From: an uncultured Naasia sp.
GTDB taxonomy: Bacteria; Actinomycetota; Actinomycetes; Actinomycetales; Microbacteriaceae
Reading direction: 5' to 3'
Length of the DNA stretch: 64,000 nucleotides
Assembly (NCBI GenBank): GCA_913778905.1
Contig: CAJYYA010000012.1
Span: 162,233-226,232 of the forward strand
Of this stretch, positions 1 through 8,231 are shown piece by piece. The notes under the pieces were generated by a model, which had not been told where the DNA came from, did not search any database, and saw only the letters and a program-made list of their open reading frames with translations. Every line of letters starts with the position of its first letter. Within the stretch, counting starts at the first letter, position 1. Position numbers and translations under genes: made by a program.

Positions 1-734
1 CCTCGCCGACCCGCGCCGCTCGCGACGATCACGGCCTCGCCGTCCTCACGCTCGACGACGGAACCGAGGTGCACGCGGAACAGGTCCTCGTGGCGACGGG
101 GCGCACGCCGCGCACCCAAGACCTGGGGCTCGCCTCGGTGGGCCTGGAAGACGGCGACTGGATCGAGGTCGACGACACCCTGCTGGTCGCCGGCGACACG
201 AACTCCGACTCGCCCTGGCTCTACGCGGTCGGCGATGTGAACCATCGCGCCCTGCTCACCCACCAAGGGAAGTACCAGGCACGTGCGGCCGGCGAGGTCA
301 TCGCGGCACGCGCTCAAGGGGGCGAGGTCCTCGATGGACAGTGGGGCGCCCACGTCGCGACCGCCGACAACGGTGCGGTACCGCAGGTCACCTTCACCGA
401 CCCCGAGGTCGCATCGATCGGGTACACCGAGAAGACTGCGAAGGAAGCCGGTTTCACGATCAAAACGGTCGACTACGACCTCGGCTCCGTCTCGGGAGCC
501 GCTCTGCAGGCGGACGGATACACCGGCAGGGCCCGCATGATCGTCGACGAAGACCGCAAGGTCATCATCGGTGCCACCTTCGTCGGCCAGGACGTCGCCG
601 ATCTGCTCCACTCCGCGACGGTCGCGGTCGTGGGCGAGGTCCCCGTCGACCGGCTCTGGCACGCCGTGCCGTCCTACCCGACCATCAGCGAGGTGTGGCT
701 GCGGCTGCTCGAGACCTACGGGCGTCCGTCCTGA
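1..734 (+). CDS. pyridine nucleotide-disulfide oxidoreductase (dihydrolipoyl dehydrogenase / mycothione reductase-like), C-terminal part; 5' end outside window
   Basis: Frame of ORF 69..734 stays open back to position 3. Motifs ATGRTP and YAVGDV, plus C-terminal dimerisation segment HAVPSYPTISEVW, are typical of class I flavoprotein disulfide reductases. Confidence 0.8.
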   Translation, partial: SPTRAARDDHGLAVLTLDDGTEVHAEQVLVATGRTPRTQDLGLASVGLEDGDWIEVDDTLLVAGDTNSDSPWLYAVGDVNHRALLTHQGKYQARAAGEVIAARAQGGEVLDGQWGAHVATADNGAVPQVTFTDPEVASIGYTEKTAKEAGFTIKTVDYDLGSVSGAALQADGYTGRARMIVDEDRKVIIGATFVGQDVADLLHSATVAVVGEVPVDRLWHAVPSYPTISEVWLRLLETYGRPS

Positions 735-1264
735 TGGCCCGCCTCACGGTGGGCGAACTACGACGTGATCTCTTCCCCCGTGGCTGGGTCCGGGCACTCG
801 GTTTCGAGTACGCCACCCTGGTCGGCCTCGTCTGGGGTCTCCCCCTCAGCACCGGGAAAGTCCGTCGGGACGGAGACCTGATCGTCCTCACCGGACTCCC
901 GAGGTGGGCATTCAAGCGAGGCGGCGTGACGGTGGGTCGCGTCTACCTGACCCGCGACAACGACGGCCCCGGCGTGATCGAGCACGAGAAGGTGCACGTC
1001 GAGCAGTGGCGCAGGTACGGCTTCTGGATGCCGCTGCTCTACGGCCTGGCGGGATCCGACCCGTTCACCAACCGCTTCGAGATCCAAGCGGGTCTGGAGA
1101 AGGGCGGGTACCGTCGCCCCGCGCGCGCCGGCGCCCAGTCTGGGGCTTCGAAGGCATCGTCGGCGTCGCTGTCTGCGGAGTCCGATGCCTCCGGCCCGGA
1201 TGTGACGCCCGAACCCACCGAGGACGCCGAGCCCGCCACGCGCGGCGAGGGAGCGCGAGCATGA
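734..1264 (+). CDS. hypothetical protein with N-terminal hydrophobic segment and HExxH motif
   Basis: ATG at 734 shares one base with the upstream stop (TGATG). Its own stop overlaps the next start (ATGA at 1261). GC-rich third positions; motif EHEKVHVEQW; Ala/Ser/Glu-rich tail. No family recognised. Confidence 0.6.
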   Translation: MARLTVGELRRDLFPRGWVRALGFEYATLVGLVWGLPLSTGKVRRDGDLIVLTGLPRWAFKRGGVTVGRVYLTRDNDGPGVIEHEKVHVEQWRRYGFWMPLLYGLAGSDPFTNRFEIQAGLEKGGYRRPARAGAQSGASKASSASLSAESDASGPDVTPEPTEDAEPATRGEGARA

Positions 1265-2133
1265 GCGACGACCTGCTCCCTCCGTCTGACATGACCGGCC
1301 GCACGGTCGTGATCACGGGCGCGAGTTCGGGCATCGGACGCCACGCGGCGGAGACGCTGGCCGCTCTGGGTGCCGAGGTGGCGATCGTCGGTCGCAATCC
1401 CGAACGCACACGAGCCGTCGCCGACCAGCTGGGTGCCGAGGCCTTCGTCGCGGACTTCGGACGCCTCGACGATGTCAGAGCGGTGGCGGACCGGCTGCTC
1501 GAGCGCTATCCGAGGATCCATGTGCTGGCGGACAACGCCGGCGGCATGCAGAAGTCACGTGCCTACACGGTCGACCGCAACGAGCGGACGTTCCAGGAAT
1601 CGCACCTCGGCGGCTTCCTGCTGACCGATCTCCTTCTGCCCCGACTCGTCGAGACCGCCGCGGATGCGCCGTCCGGGAGCGTGCGGGTCGTCCAGACAGC
1701 CAGCCTCGCCTCGCGCGGAGGCCGGATTCGTCTCGACGATCTGGACAATCAGCGCGGTCTCTGGCTCGGCGGCTGGCCCGCCTATTGCAATGTGAAGCTC
1801 GTCAATGTGCTCTTCGCGCGCGAGCTCGCGCGTCGAACGGCGGGAACGGGCGTCTCGGCATACTCGTTCCACCCTGGGCTCGTCCGCACGAGCTTCGGTG
1901 CGGAGAACTGGCTGATGAACGCCATCAAAGTGCTCTCCGCCGGCAATTACGGGATCTCGGTGGAGCAGGGCGCCGATCCGCTGGTCCGCCTCATCGCATC
2001 GGAGCGGATCGCGGCTCCCAGCGGCACCTACTTCGACCGCCTGCGTGCGGACGGCACGACGAGCCCTCAGGCCGACGACGCCGAACTCGCCGCGGCCCTG
2101 TGGGAGGCGAGCGCCACCCGCGTGGGGCGGTAG
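1261..2133 (+). CDS. SDR family oxidoreductase
   Basis: N-terminal VVITGASSGIGRH Rossmann motif and NAGG motif; typical length. The start overlaps the upstream stop. Confidence 0.85.
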   Translation: MSDDLLPPSDMTGRTVVITGASSGIGRHAAETLAALGAEVAIVGRNPERTRAVADQLGAEAFVADFGRLDDVRAVADRLLERYPRIHVLADNAGGMQKSRAYTVDRNERTFQESHLGGFLLTDLLLPRLVETAADAPSGSVRVVQTASLASRGGRIRLDDLDNQRGLWLGGWPAYCNVKLVNVLFARELARRTAGTGVSAYSFHPGLVRTSFGAENWLMNAIKVLSAGNYGISVEQGADPLVRLIASERIAAPSGTYFDRLRADGTTSPQADDAELAAALWEASATRVGR

Positions 2134-2135
2134 CA

Positions 2136-2345
2136 GCCTCGATACGCTCCGCTACTCGACCTCCGGGGTTCCGGACGTCGAGTAGGCCGCCAGGCCGTAC
2201 CGAGACGGCTCGAGTAGCCGAAGGCGTACCGAGAGCAGACAGAACAGCATCGGCGCAGCCGATACCGAACATCGAACCCGAGCGCGGGCCTCGATACGCT
2301 TCGCTACTCGGCCGGTCTCGGTACGCTCCGCTACTCGACCTCCGA
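2136..2345. repeat. family A intergenic repeat (one unit plus a partial second left arm)
   Basis: Contains CCTCGATACGCTCCGCTACTCGACC, stem CTACTCGAC..GTCGAGTAG, GCCGTACCGAGACGGCTCGAGTAG and tail hairpin CATCGGCGCAGCCGAT. The same element recurs at 9657, 28445, 44008 and 59381. Lies between convergent genes. Confidence 0.9.
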
Positions 2346-2349
2346 CAGG

Positions 2350-3273
2350 TCAGACGCCTTCGCTGCGCCCCGCGCGCCAGTAGCCCATGAAGGCGACCTG
2401 GCTGCGGTGCACGCCGCACTCGCGGACGAGGTGGCGGCGTACGGTCTTGACCATCGACGACTCCCCCGCGACCCACGCATAGAACCCATCGGTCGGAGCG
2501 CTGTCAGGGGTCTCCCACAGCACTTCGAAGTCGACATCGATGTCGCTGAGCTCATCCGGGTCGTCGCCGCCGAACCCGCGACGGGCGCACCACGCCTGCA
2601 CCGCCGGGTGCAGCAGGGATCCGGTCTCCGCCCCTTCGCGGGCGAGCCACGTGACCTCGACGCCGTCGTGCGTCGTCACCGGCAGCGCGTCGCCCGCGTG
2701 CGGGACCTCGAGGATGGCACTGGCGCTGATATGTGTCGGAAGGGTCTCGAGGATGGACGTGACGGCGGGCACAGCCGTCTCGTCACCCACGAACAGCAGG
2801 CGGGTCGCCGCCCCGGGGGCGAACTCGACGCCCTCCCGGTGGTTCGGGCTGCGCACGTCGGGCCCGATGATGACGATCTCATCGCCCGGCATCGCTCGCA
2901 GCACCCACGCCGACGCGGGGCCCGTGTCCCCGTGGCAGACGAAGTCGACGTCGATCTCGCGGTCGTCCTCACGGATCGCGCGCACCGTGTAGGTGCGCAT
3001 GGGGTTGCGCAGTTCGTTCGGCAGGTCCCGCCAGCGGGCGTACCAGTCGCCGGCGATCCGCGACTCCTCGTCGTCCGCTCCGACATCGCTCACGCTGCCG
3101 TCCAGGAACGGGATGAGGAGTTTGATGCGCTGATCGAGACCGGTGTCGCCGAAAACGTCGAGATCGTCACCCGTGAACGTCACTCGAAGGAACGAGTCGC
3201 TCAGCCGCGCGACGCGGGCGACACGGGTCAGGTACGGCCGGTAGGACGGTCGAACGACCTGCGAGGTAAGCAT
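2350..3273 (-). CDS. siderophore-interacting protein (SIP/ViuB-type FAD-binding reductase)
   Basis: 307-aa ORF with RTYTVR FAD-binding motif, an N-terminal beta-barrel-like part and a C-terminal SIP domain ending GYWRAGRSE. Confidence 0.85.
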   Translation of the reverse strand: MLTSQVVRPSYRPYLTRVARVARLSDSFLRVTFTGDDLDVFGDTGLDQRIKLLIPFLDGSVSDVGADDEESRIAGDWYARWRDLPNELRNPMRTYTVRAIREDDREIDVDFVCHGDTGPASAWVLRAMPGDEIVIIGPDVRSPNHREGVEFAPGAATRLLFVGDETAVPAVTSILETLPTHISASAILEVPHAGDALPVTTHDGVEVTWLAREGAETGSLLHPAVQAWCARRGFGGDDPDELSDIDVDFEVLWETPDSAPTDGFYAWVAGESSMVKTVRRHLVRECGVHRSQVAFMGYWRAGRSEGV

Positions 3274-3285
3274 ATCCTTACCTTA
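3267..3285 (-). promoter_or_regulatory. DtxR/IdeR-like iron box overlapping a -10 element and the start codon of the SIP gene
   Basis: Minus-strand TAAGGTAAGGATATGCTTA matches TWAGGTWAGSCTWACCTWA at 16 of 19 positions by hand alignment. TAAGGT ends 6 nt before the ATG, which is compatible with a leaderless transcript. Confidence 0.45.
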
Positions 3286-3312
3286 CTTCCCCTCACCTGA
3301 TCCGTCACCTGG

Positions 3313-3393
3313 GATCGGATATTCCGGCATGGTCCGCACGTTCCGGCTAGAAGTCCTCGCCGGAACGTGCGGTCTGTGCCGGAATATCCGATC
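3313..3393 (-). terminator. long imperfect inverted repeat immediately after the amidase stop
   Basis: Arms GATCGGATATTCCGGCA-(4 nt mismatch)-CCGCACGTTCCGG (3313-3346) and its complement (3360-3393), with a 13-nt loop. It starts 4 nt after the amidase stop on the minus strand. No U-tract. Confidence 0.5.
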
Positions 3394-3396
3394 TGG

Positions 3397-4830
3397 TCAC
3401 CAGGGGGCGGGGTGGCGGCGCTCCCACGAAAGGGCGCGCTCGAGCTGGCGGGCTATCGAGACGAGCGTCGCTTCGCCGCCCGGACGCCCGACGAGCTGGA
3501 CACCCATCGGCACCCCGTCGGCCGTCATGGTCGTCGGGAGGGCGATCGCCGGCAGCCCGGACACGTTCACGTAGGACGTGAACGGCGTGTACTCGACCTG
3601 CTGTCGGAAATTGCGGTCGCCGTCTTCCGAGTCGTACCACCCCAGCGGACGCGGCGTCAGAGCCATCGACGGCGTCAGCACCGCGTCCAGACGCGCGCCC
3701 GACGTCGAGAACCAGCGCGAGATGAGCGATCGCTCCCAGGCCGCGAGCCATGCCAGCGCCTCGACGAGCCGAGCGACCGGCAGACGACGTCCCTCCCGCA
3801 CGAGCCAGGCGGTGAGCGGCTCGACGAGCTCCAGCGCGGACTCGTCGAGCGGCAGCGCCGCGGCGCCCGCCTGCCAGACCGTGCGGAACGCGGCGCTGTA
3901 CCCGTCCACCGGGGGCATCCCCACCTCCTCGACCCCATGACCTCGATCGATCAGCATCCGGATTGCGTCGTCGACGGCTCGACGCGCGTCCGGGTCCAGG
4001 CGGATGTCGTGATCGGCTTCCCACGGGGACTCGAAGCACACGCCGATCTGGAAACGCCCTTCACCGCGGACGGCGGCGCCCAGCAGACGACCCGGATCCG
4101 GTGGCCCGACAGTGTGCGCCGACGGCAGCGCTCCGCCCACCCGGGCGGTCATCGCGTCGACGAGCATCGCGGCGTCCGCGACGGTGCGAGCAATGGCTCC
4201 GTTCGTCACGAGTCCGGCGAGCGCGTCGGGGTCGGCCGCGATGAGTCCCCGACTGGGTTTCAGGCCGACGAGGCCCGTCGCCGCTGCGGGGATGCGCGCC
4301 GATCCGCCGCCGTCGGTCGCGTGAGCGAACGGGAGCAGGCCCGCGGACACCGCCACAGCCGCACCCCCGCTCGATCCGCCCGCCCCCAGATCGAGTCTCC
4401 ACGGATTGCGCGCCGGCGGCCGGCCGAGCGGCTCCGTGTAGGACGGGAAGCCGAACTCGGGCGCCGTCGTCGCGCCGAGGCTGATCCCGCCCGCGGCGTC
4501 CAGGACGTCGACCACGGCGTCGTTCTCCGTGGCGAGACGCTCTGCGAAGGCGCGCGAGCCTCCGGAATGGGCGTGCCCCGCGCGGCGGGCCAGCTCTTTC
4601 TCCGCGTACGGCAGGCCCCAGAGCTCGGCCGATCGCGGCACCGACTCGGGGAGTCGACGAGCCCGGTCGAGCGCTCGATCGGCGTCGACGCGACTGAGCG
4701 CCCCCAGCTCGCCGTTCCAACGTTCGATGCGCCGCAGGTAGTGCTCCACGAGTTCGAGGGGAGTCACCTCAGCCCGGGACAGCCAGTCCCACTGCTCCTG
4801 CGCGGTCAGATGGTGGAGCTCGAAGACCAT
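3397..4830 (-). CDS. amidase (amidase-signature family)
   Basis: 477 aa. GGSSGGAAVAV and GGSARIPAA motifs of the Ser-cisSer-Lys amidase signature. Confidence 0.85.
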   Translation of the reverse strand: MVFELHHLTAQEQWDWLSRAEVTPLELVEHYLRRIERWNGELGALSRVDADRALDRARRLPESVPRSAELWGLPYAEKELARRAGHAHSGGSRAFAERLATENDAVVDVLDAAGGISLGATTAPEFGFPSYTEPLGRPPARNPWRLDLGAGGSSGGAAVAVSAGLLPFAHATDGGGSARIPAAATGLVGLKPSRGLIAADPDALAGLVTNGAIARTVADAAMLVDAMTARVGGALPSAHTVGPPDPGRLLGAAVRGEGRFQIGVCFESPWEADHDIRLDPDARRAVDDAIRMLIDRGHGVEEVGMPPVDGYSAAFRTVWQAGAAALPLDESALELVEPLTAWLVREGRRLPVARLVEALAWLAAWERSLISRWFSTSGARLDAVLTPSMALTPRPLGWYDSEDGDRNFRQQVEYTPFTSYVNVSGLPAIALPTTMTADGVPMGVQLVGRPGGEATLVSIARQLERALSWERRHPAPW

Positions 4831-4841
4831 GGGATCCGACG

Positions 4842-5420
4842 CTACTTCAGGCTCTTCTGCAGAAGCACAGTTCCGAGCCAGCGCTCGAACTTGAATCCGA
4901 CGCGCCCCATCCGGCCGATCTCTTTGAATCCGAAGGACTCGTGCAGCTTGATCGACCCCTCGGCGCCTTTATCGGCGACCACGGCGAGCATCTCCTTGAA
5001 GCCGGCTGCGCGGGTTCGCTCGATCAGATCGCCGAGCAGCACACGACCGAGGCCTTTCCCGGTGGCGGACGGGCGCAGGTAGATCGAGTTCTCGACCGTG
5101 AAGCGGAACGCAGCCTTCGGTTTCCACTGAGCGACCAGACCGTAGCCGAGCACGGTGCCGTTCGGCGACACGGCCACGATGAACGGCATCTTGAGCTTCT
5201 TGATCAGAGCGAACTTGTTCCGCCACTCCTTGAGCGTCATCTGGTCCTCGTCGAACGTGACGACACTGTTGACGACGTAGTAGTTGTAGATCTCGCGGAC
5301 ATCGGGGAGGTCCGCCTCGGTGGCGTCGCGGATCGAGTAGGTGAACGGCGCTTCGGGTTCGGCCTTCTTCCGCAGGTGGGCGGGCAGTTGCCGTCGCGGT
5401 TGGTATTCCTCTTCAAGCAT
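4842..5420 (-). CDS. GNAT N-acetyltransferase, phosphinothricin-acetyltransferase-like
   Basis: IRDATEADLPDVREIYNYYV.. N-terminus and GKGLGRVLL acetyl-CoA loop. Visibly more A/T-rich than its neighbours. Confidence 0.8.
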   Translation of the reverse strand: MLEEEYQPRRQLPAHLRKKAEPEAPFTYSIRDATEADLPDVREIYNYYVVNSVVTFDEDQMTLKEWRNKFALIKKLKMPFIVAVSPNGTVLGYGLVAQWKPKAAFRFTVENSIYLRPSATGKGLGRVLLGDLIERTRAAGFKEMLAVVADKGAEGSIKLHESFGFKEIGRMGRVGFKFERWLGTVLLQKSLK

Positions 5421-5483
5421 CCTCGCGCCCCCTCATCCTTCCCAGGCCTGGGGTTCGATTATCGCCCGCGCCGCCCGGGACAT

Positions 5484-6089
5484 TCATTCCTCGAGCAAGC
5501 CCGCGATCGAGCGCGCCGCCAGCTCGATGGACGCGTCCGCCGCGGCATCGTCACGGTCGGCGAGCCACGAGGTCGCGATGCCGTCGGCGACGGCGATGAC
5601 CAGGGCCGCGATCTCCGAGGTGCTCGCCGTCCAGCGGAGTCCGGCGGAATCCGTCCATTCGTCGACGTTGCGGGTGACCTCGCGACGGTACTCGGACTGC
5701 TCCCACTGCGCCAGGTGACTCAGAGCGGGCTCGCGGTGCGACATGGCCGTCAGCTCTGCGAGAGCCAGAGCCCGATCCGGTTGGGCGGTGACGTGGGCGA
5801 GTCTCGCGCGCAGACCGAACGCGATGCGGGCGGCGGGCGAGATCTCCTCGGGCGGAGAACCGAATGCCACCGAGACCGAGGTCTTCAGTTCCTGCTCGAG
5901 GATCGCCGCGAAGAGGTCGGCCTTCGATCCGAAGCAGTAGTGGAACGATCCGTGCGGGAGACCCGCGCGCGCCGTCACGGCTCGAGTGGTCACAGCCCCC
6001 ACACCCTCGTCGGACATGACGGACACCGCGGCGTCGATGAGCTGTCGTCGACGCTCGTCTTGAGAGCGGTGTTCGCGAGGTGCCACCAC
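5484..6089 (-). CDS. TetR family transcriptional regulator
   Basis: N-terminal HTH (RRRQLIDAAVSVMSDEGVGAVTTRAVTARAGLPHGSFHYCF). GTG start. Divergent from a GNAT gene. Confidence 0.85.
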   Translation of the reverse strand: MVAPREHRSQDERRRQLIDAAVSVMSDEGVGAVTTRAVTARAGLPHGSFHYCFGSKADLFAAILEQELKTSVSVAFGSPPEEISPAARIAFGLRARLAHVTAQPDRALALAELTAMSHREPALSHLAQWEQSEYRREVTRNVDEWTDSAGLRWTASTSEIAALVIAVADGIATSWLADRDDAAADASIELAARSIAGLLEE

Positions 6090-6102
6090 CCGAGTGTATT
6101 TA

Positions 6103-6122
6103 ATTTGGCCAGGTGGCCAAAT
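6103..6122. promoter_or_regulatory. perfect 9-2-9 palindrome, candidate TetR operator
   Basis: ATTTGGCCA-GG-TGGCCAAAT sits in the 52-bp gap between the divergent TetR (start 6089) and GNAT (start 6142) genes. Confidence 0.5.
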
Positions 6123-6141
6123 CGAGGCGTATGCTCACCGC

Positions 6142-6810
6142 ATGAGCCCCGCAACCCCACCCTCGTCACCCGCCTCCGCCTCGCGGCACGTCCGCCGCGT
6201 CACCGTCCGTCAGGCGCACGTCGGAGAGCGCGCCGCGGCCGCCCCGCTGGCCGACGCCTTCGAGAGCGATCCGGTGCTCGCCTCATTCGTTCCCGCAGGC
6301 CCCGCACGACGCGAGCGACTGGAGACGCTCTTCTGGGCGATGCTGTCGAGCGGGCCCGTCCAGGCGGGAACAGTCGATGTCGCTCTCGACACTCGCGGGA
6401 GGATCGTCGGCACCGCGGTGTGGGAGAAGCCGGCACCGGGCGCCACCTCGGCGGCTCACTTCGTGGCGCAGATCCCAAACTACCTGCGCGCACTCGGTCT
6501 CCGTGGAGCCGTCACGGCGGCACGGCGCCGTTCGGTGCTCCGGCGACCGCGCCCTGCGCTCCCCCACTGGTACCTCGCCGAGATCGGCGTCTCAGCCGAC
6601 GCTCGCGGCACCGGGGCCGGCTCCGCACTCCTCGAACACCGACTCGAGCTGATCGATCGCGCGAACGCGGCCGCGTACCTGGAGTCGTCGACACCGCGCA
6701 ACCGAACGCTCTACCGGCGCCACGGTTTCGTCGACCTCGGTCGTATCACCGGCCTCCCGTCGGGCGAGCCTGAAGCGATGTGGCGTCCACGAGCTCGCGT
6801 CGACGAGTGA
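6142..6810 (+). CDS. GNAT family N-acetyltransferase
   Basis: C-terminal WYLAEIGVSADARGTGAGSALLEH...YRRHGF acetyl-CoA binding core. ATG at 6142 chosen inside ORF 6094..6810. Confidence 0.75.
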   Translation: MSPATPPSSPASASRHVRRVTVRQAHVGERAAAAPLADAFESDPVLASFVPAGPARRERLETLFWAMLSSGPVQAGTVDVALDTRGRIVGTAVWEKPAPGATSAAHFVAQIPNYLRALGLRGAVTAARRRSVLRRPRPALPHWYLAEIGVSADARGTGAGSALLEHRLELIDRANAAAYLESSTPRNRTLYRRHGFVDLGRITGLPSGEPEAMWRPRARVDE

Positions 6811-6843
6811 TCCCGCGTCCTCGCGCCCACCGAGCGACGGGTG

Positions 6844-7293
6844 TCAGCCCGCGGCGCGGCGAACCGTCTCGCGGAGACGCGCCTCCACCTCGTCGGTCAT
6901 CTCGGTGACGGCGAAGGAGGTCGCCCAGATCGCGCCGTCGTCGAGGGCGGCGACGTCCTGGAAGCCGACGGTGCCGTAGCGAGTATCGAACTTCTCTCGG
7001 GGCTGGAAGAACACGAGGACCTTGCCGTCGCGGGCGTAGGAGGGGAACCCGTACCAGGTCTTCGCGTCCAGATCGGGAGCTTCTTCCGCGACGATCCGAT
7101 GCAGGCGTTCGGCGATGGTGCGGTCGGGATCGGTGAGAGCCGCGATGGCCTCGACACAGGCCTGGGCCTCTCGCTCGCGCTTCGCCGAACCCTTGCCGCC
7201 CTTCGCCTCGGCACGGAGCTCGGCGGCGCGCTGCTTGACCGCGGCGCGCTCGATGTCGCTGATTCCGTCGTTCGCAGCGCTATCGACGGCCAT
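6844..7293 (-). CDS. DUF1801/YdhG-like domain protein
   Basis: The ATG at 7293 is preceded by GGGAGGAG. WYGFPSYARDGKVLVFFQP core is typical of the YdhG-like family. The longer ORF to 7443 runs into repeat sequence. Confidence 0.7.
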   Translation of the reverse strand: MAVDSAANDGISDIERAAVKQRAAELRAEAKGGKGSAKREREAQACVEAIAALTDPDRTIAERLHRIVAEEAPDLDAKTWYGFPSYARDGKVLVFFQPREKFDTRYGTVGFQDVAALDDGAIWATSFAVTEMTDEVEARLRETVRRAAG

Positions 7294-7392
7294 GAAGACT
7301 CCTCCCGAGGGCGCCCCGGCGGCGTCGCACGGGTCGAGACTAGCGCCGCGACCCGGTTGAAGGGCGCGTGCGTTCCGCCGATTGCCTGCCCT

Positions 7393-7494
7393 CCCGCCCA
7401 TTGAGCGGAGCGAAATGAGGTCCCTGCGTTTCGCTTCGCTCAACGGGCGGGAGCGAAATGAAGTTCCTGCGTTTCGCTCCGCTCAACGGGCGGG
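7393..7494. repeat. family B intergenic repeat (three and a half units)
   Basis: CCCGCCCATTGAGCGGAGCGAAATGAGG, then inverted CTGCGTTTCGCTTCGCTCAACGGGCGGG, then AGCGAAATGAAG, then CTGCGTTTCGCTCCGCTCAACGGGCGGG. Related copies at 47982, 55862 and 58302. Confidence 0.9.
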
Positions 7495-7502
7495 TGGAAG
7501 CC

Positions 7503-8231
7503 CTAGTGCACGGTCCAGTCCACCGGGGGTGCGCCCTGCTCCTCGAGCAGGGCGTTGGCGCGGCTGAACGGCCGCGATCCGAAGAATCCGCGGGACGCCG
7601 ACAGCGGGCTCGGATGCACCGACGCGATGACCGGCACCCCGCCGAGCAACGGCGTCAGCTTCTGCGCGTCGTTGCCCCAGAGGATCGCCACCAGAGGTCC
7701 GCCACGTTCGACCAGCGCGCGGATGGCTGCGTCCGTCACCGCTTCCCACCCCTTGCCTCGATGCGACCCTGCGACTCCGGCGGACACGGTCAGCACCCTG
7801 TTGAGCAGGAGGACGCCGTTGTCCGTCCAGGATGCGAGGTCCCCGTGGGCGGCGGGTTCGACTCCGAGGTCGTCGCGCAGTTCGCGGTAGATATTGGCGA
7901 GACTGCGCGGCAGCGGTCGAACCTCGCGCGAGGTCGCGAAGGACAGGCCGATCGGGTGCCCCGGGGTCGGGTAGGGGTCCTGTCCCACGATCAGCACGCG
8001 TACGTCGGCGAGCGGCTGTCGGAACGCGCGGAGGATGTCCGGGCCGGCGGGCAGGGTCTGTCGTCCCGCCGAGTGCTCCGTCCGCAGGAAGTCGCCGAGA
8101 GCGTGGATACGCTCCTCGACGGGGCCGAGGGCTGCAGCCCAGCCGGAATCCATCTCCCCCGATGCTGCGAGCTGAGCGAGCGAACGAGCCCGCTGATGCG
8201 CCGCGTCCGCCGCTTCCCCTCCGATGGCCAT
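7503..8231 (-). CDS. ung: uracil-DNA glycosylase
   Basis: GQDPYP and HPSPLS motifs; 242 aa. The ATG overlaps the upstream stop (ATGA). Only the last 242 codons of ORF 7503..9218 look like protein. Confidence 0.9.
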   Translation of the reverse strand: MAIGGEAADAAHQRARSLAQLAASGEMDSGWAAALGPVEERIHALGDFLRTEHSAGRQTLPAGPDILRAFRQPLADVRVLIVGQDPYPTPGHPIGLSFATSREVRPLPRSLANIYRELRDDLGVEPAAHGDLASWTDNGVLLLNRVLTVSAGVAGSHRGKGWEAVTDAAIRALVERGGPLVAILWGNDAQKLTPLLGGVPVIASVHPSPLSASRGFFGSRPFSRANALLEEQGAPPVDWTVH

